Positions 63,560 to 64,000 of a DNA stretch of 64,000 bases are shown here, one piece after another; positions within the stretch are counted from its first letter, which is position 1; the number at the start of each line of letters is the position of its first letter. The notes under the pieces are model-generated. The model saw only the letters and a program-made list of their open reading frames with translations, searched no databases and was not told the DNA's origin. This stretch comes from Cystobasidiomycetes sp. EMM_F5 (Eukaryota). Made by a program: the position numbers and the translations under genes. The stretch covers positions 124,001 through 188,000 of the forward strand of contig JBPGPT010000008.1 of assembly GCA_051047955.1 (NCBI GenBank). Direction: 5' to 3'.

Positions 63560-64000
63560 CCGGGGCACCAACAACGGCACACTTGGTGTCTTGACTACCC
63601 TACGACGCTTCTCCCTCCCTTCTGTCCAGCTGTAAAGTGTCAGGAATGCAGCTTCACTTGACGCGACCTCAGTTTTCGATCACTTTGAGGCGCGTGCCAG
63701 GCAGCTTGAAAGAGATATATCTTCAAAAGTCCTCCACGACCAGCTCTGGCAACATACGATAGTCCGAGAAGACTCTTCGAACTGACTGTCGCCGTGTTTG
63801 TGCAATTTTACGCTGCTTCAATAAGCTTCAACGGCTCGACGTACACCCCACCCCGCTTCAGCCGTTGATCAATAGCAGGCACGCGTCTGTCACAAAACGA
63901 GAGAGGGTCAAAGAGACGTGCAGATGCTATTGTGTCCACGCGAGGTATAGGAGACAATGGCGAGGAATACGCAGTATCAGGGCGACAGCATCTACGATGA

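Noticed and set aside
63560..64000. Possible coding fragments at the right edge
   Set aside because: Short open stretches without a recognisable family and truncated by the window.

Overview
Gene-dense, intron-rich eukaryotic DNA with short GT-AG introns (mostly 50-70 nt) and CTRAC-like branch points. The proteins point to a compact-genome basidiomycete fungus; that assignment is inference and no species is claimed. I reconstructed about 37 spliced protein-coding genes by eye. In order: ARG4 (5' part), a SUR7/PalI-like protein, a small 5-exon mitochondrial protein missed by the ORF track, two tandem SSO syntaxins, a GT49-like protein, MDP1, SHR3, a paladin-like triple CX5R phosphatase, a SETD6/RKM4-like methyltransferase, a LOR protein, NADAR, a PB1/UBL plus degenerate retropepsin protein, PRE2, SKP1, a WW protein, four tandem divergent F-box-like paralogs (one frameshifted), an ICME-like hydrolase, a NiCoT nickel permease, PS decarboxylase, a small basic mitochondrial protein, PMT4, TPT1, SNO/PDX2, SNZ/PDX1, a GPI-type Cys-rich protein, two tandem histidine phosphatases, PEX7, a degenerate methyltransferase, PRP6, SYM1, MTG2 and a JmjC protein. 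I found no supportable rRNA, tRNA, CRISPR or transposon. The most striking region is about 23.4-35.5 kb, a ubiquitin-proteasome neighbourhood: a Ddi1-like putative pseudoprotease, proteasome beta5, SKP1 with a retainable in-frame GC-AG intron, a WW protein and an F-box array showing signs of birth and death. Exon boundaries are manual and unverified.
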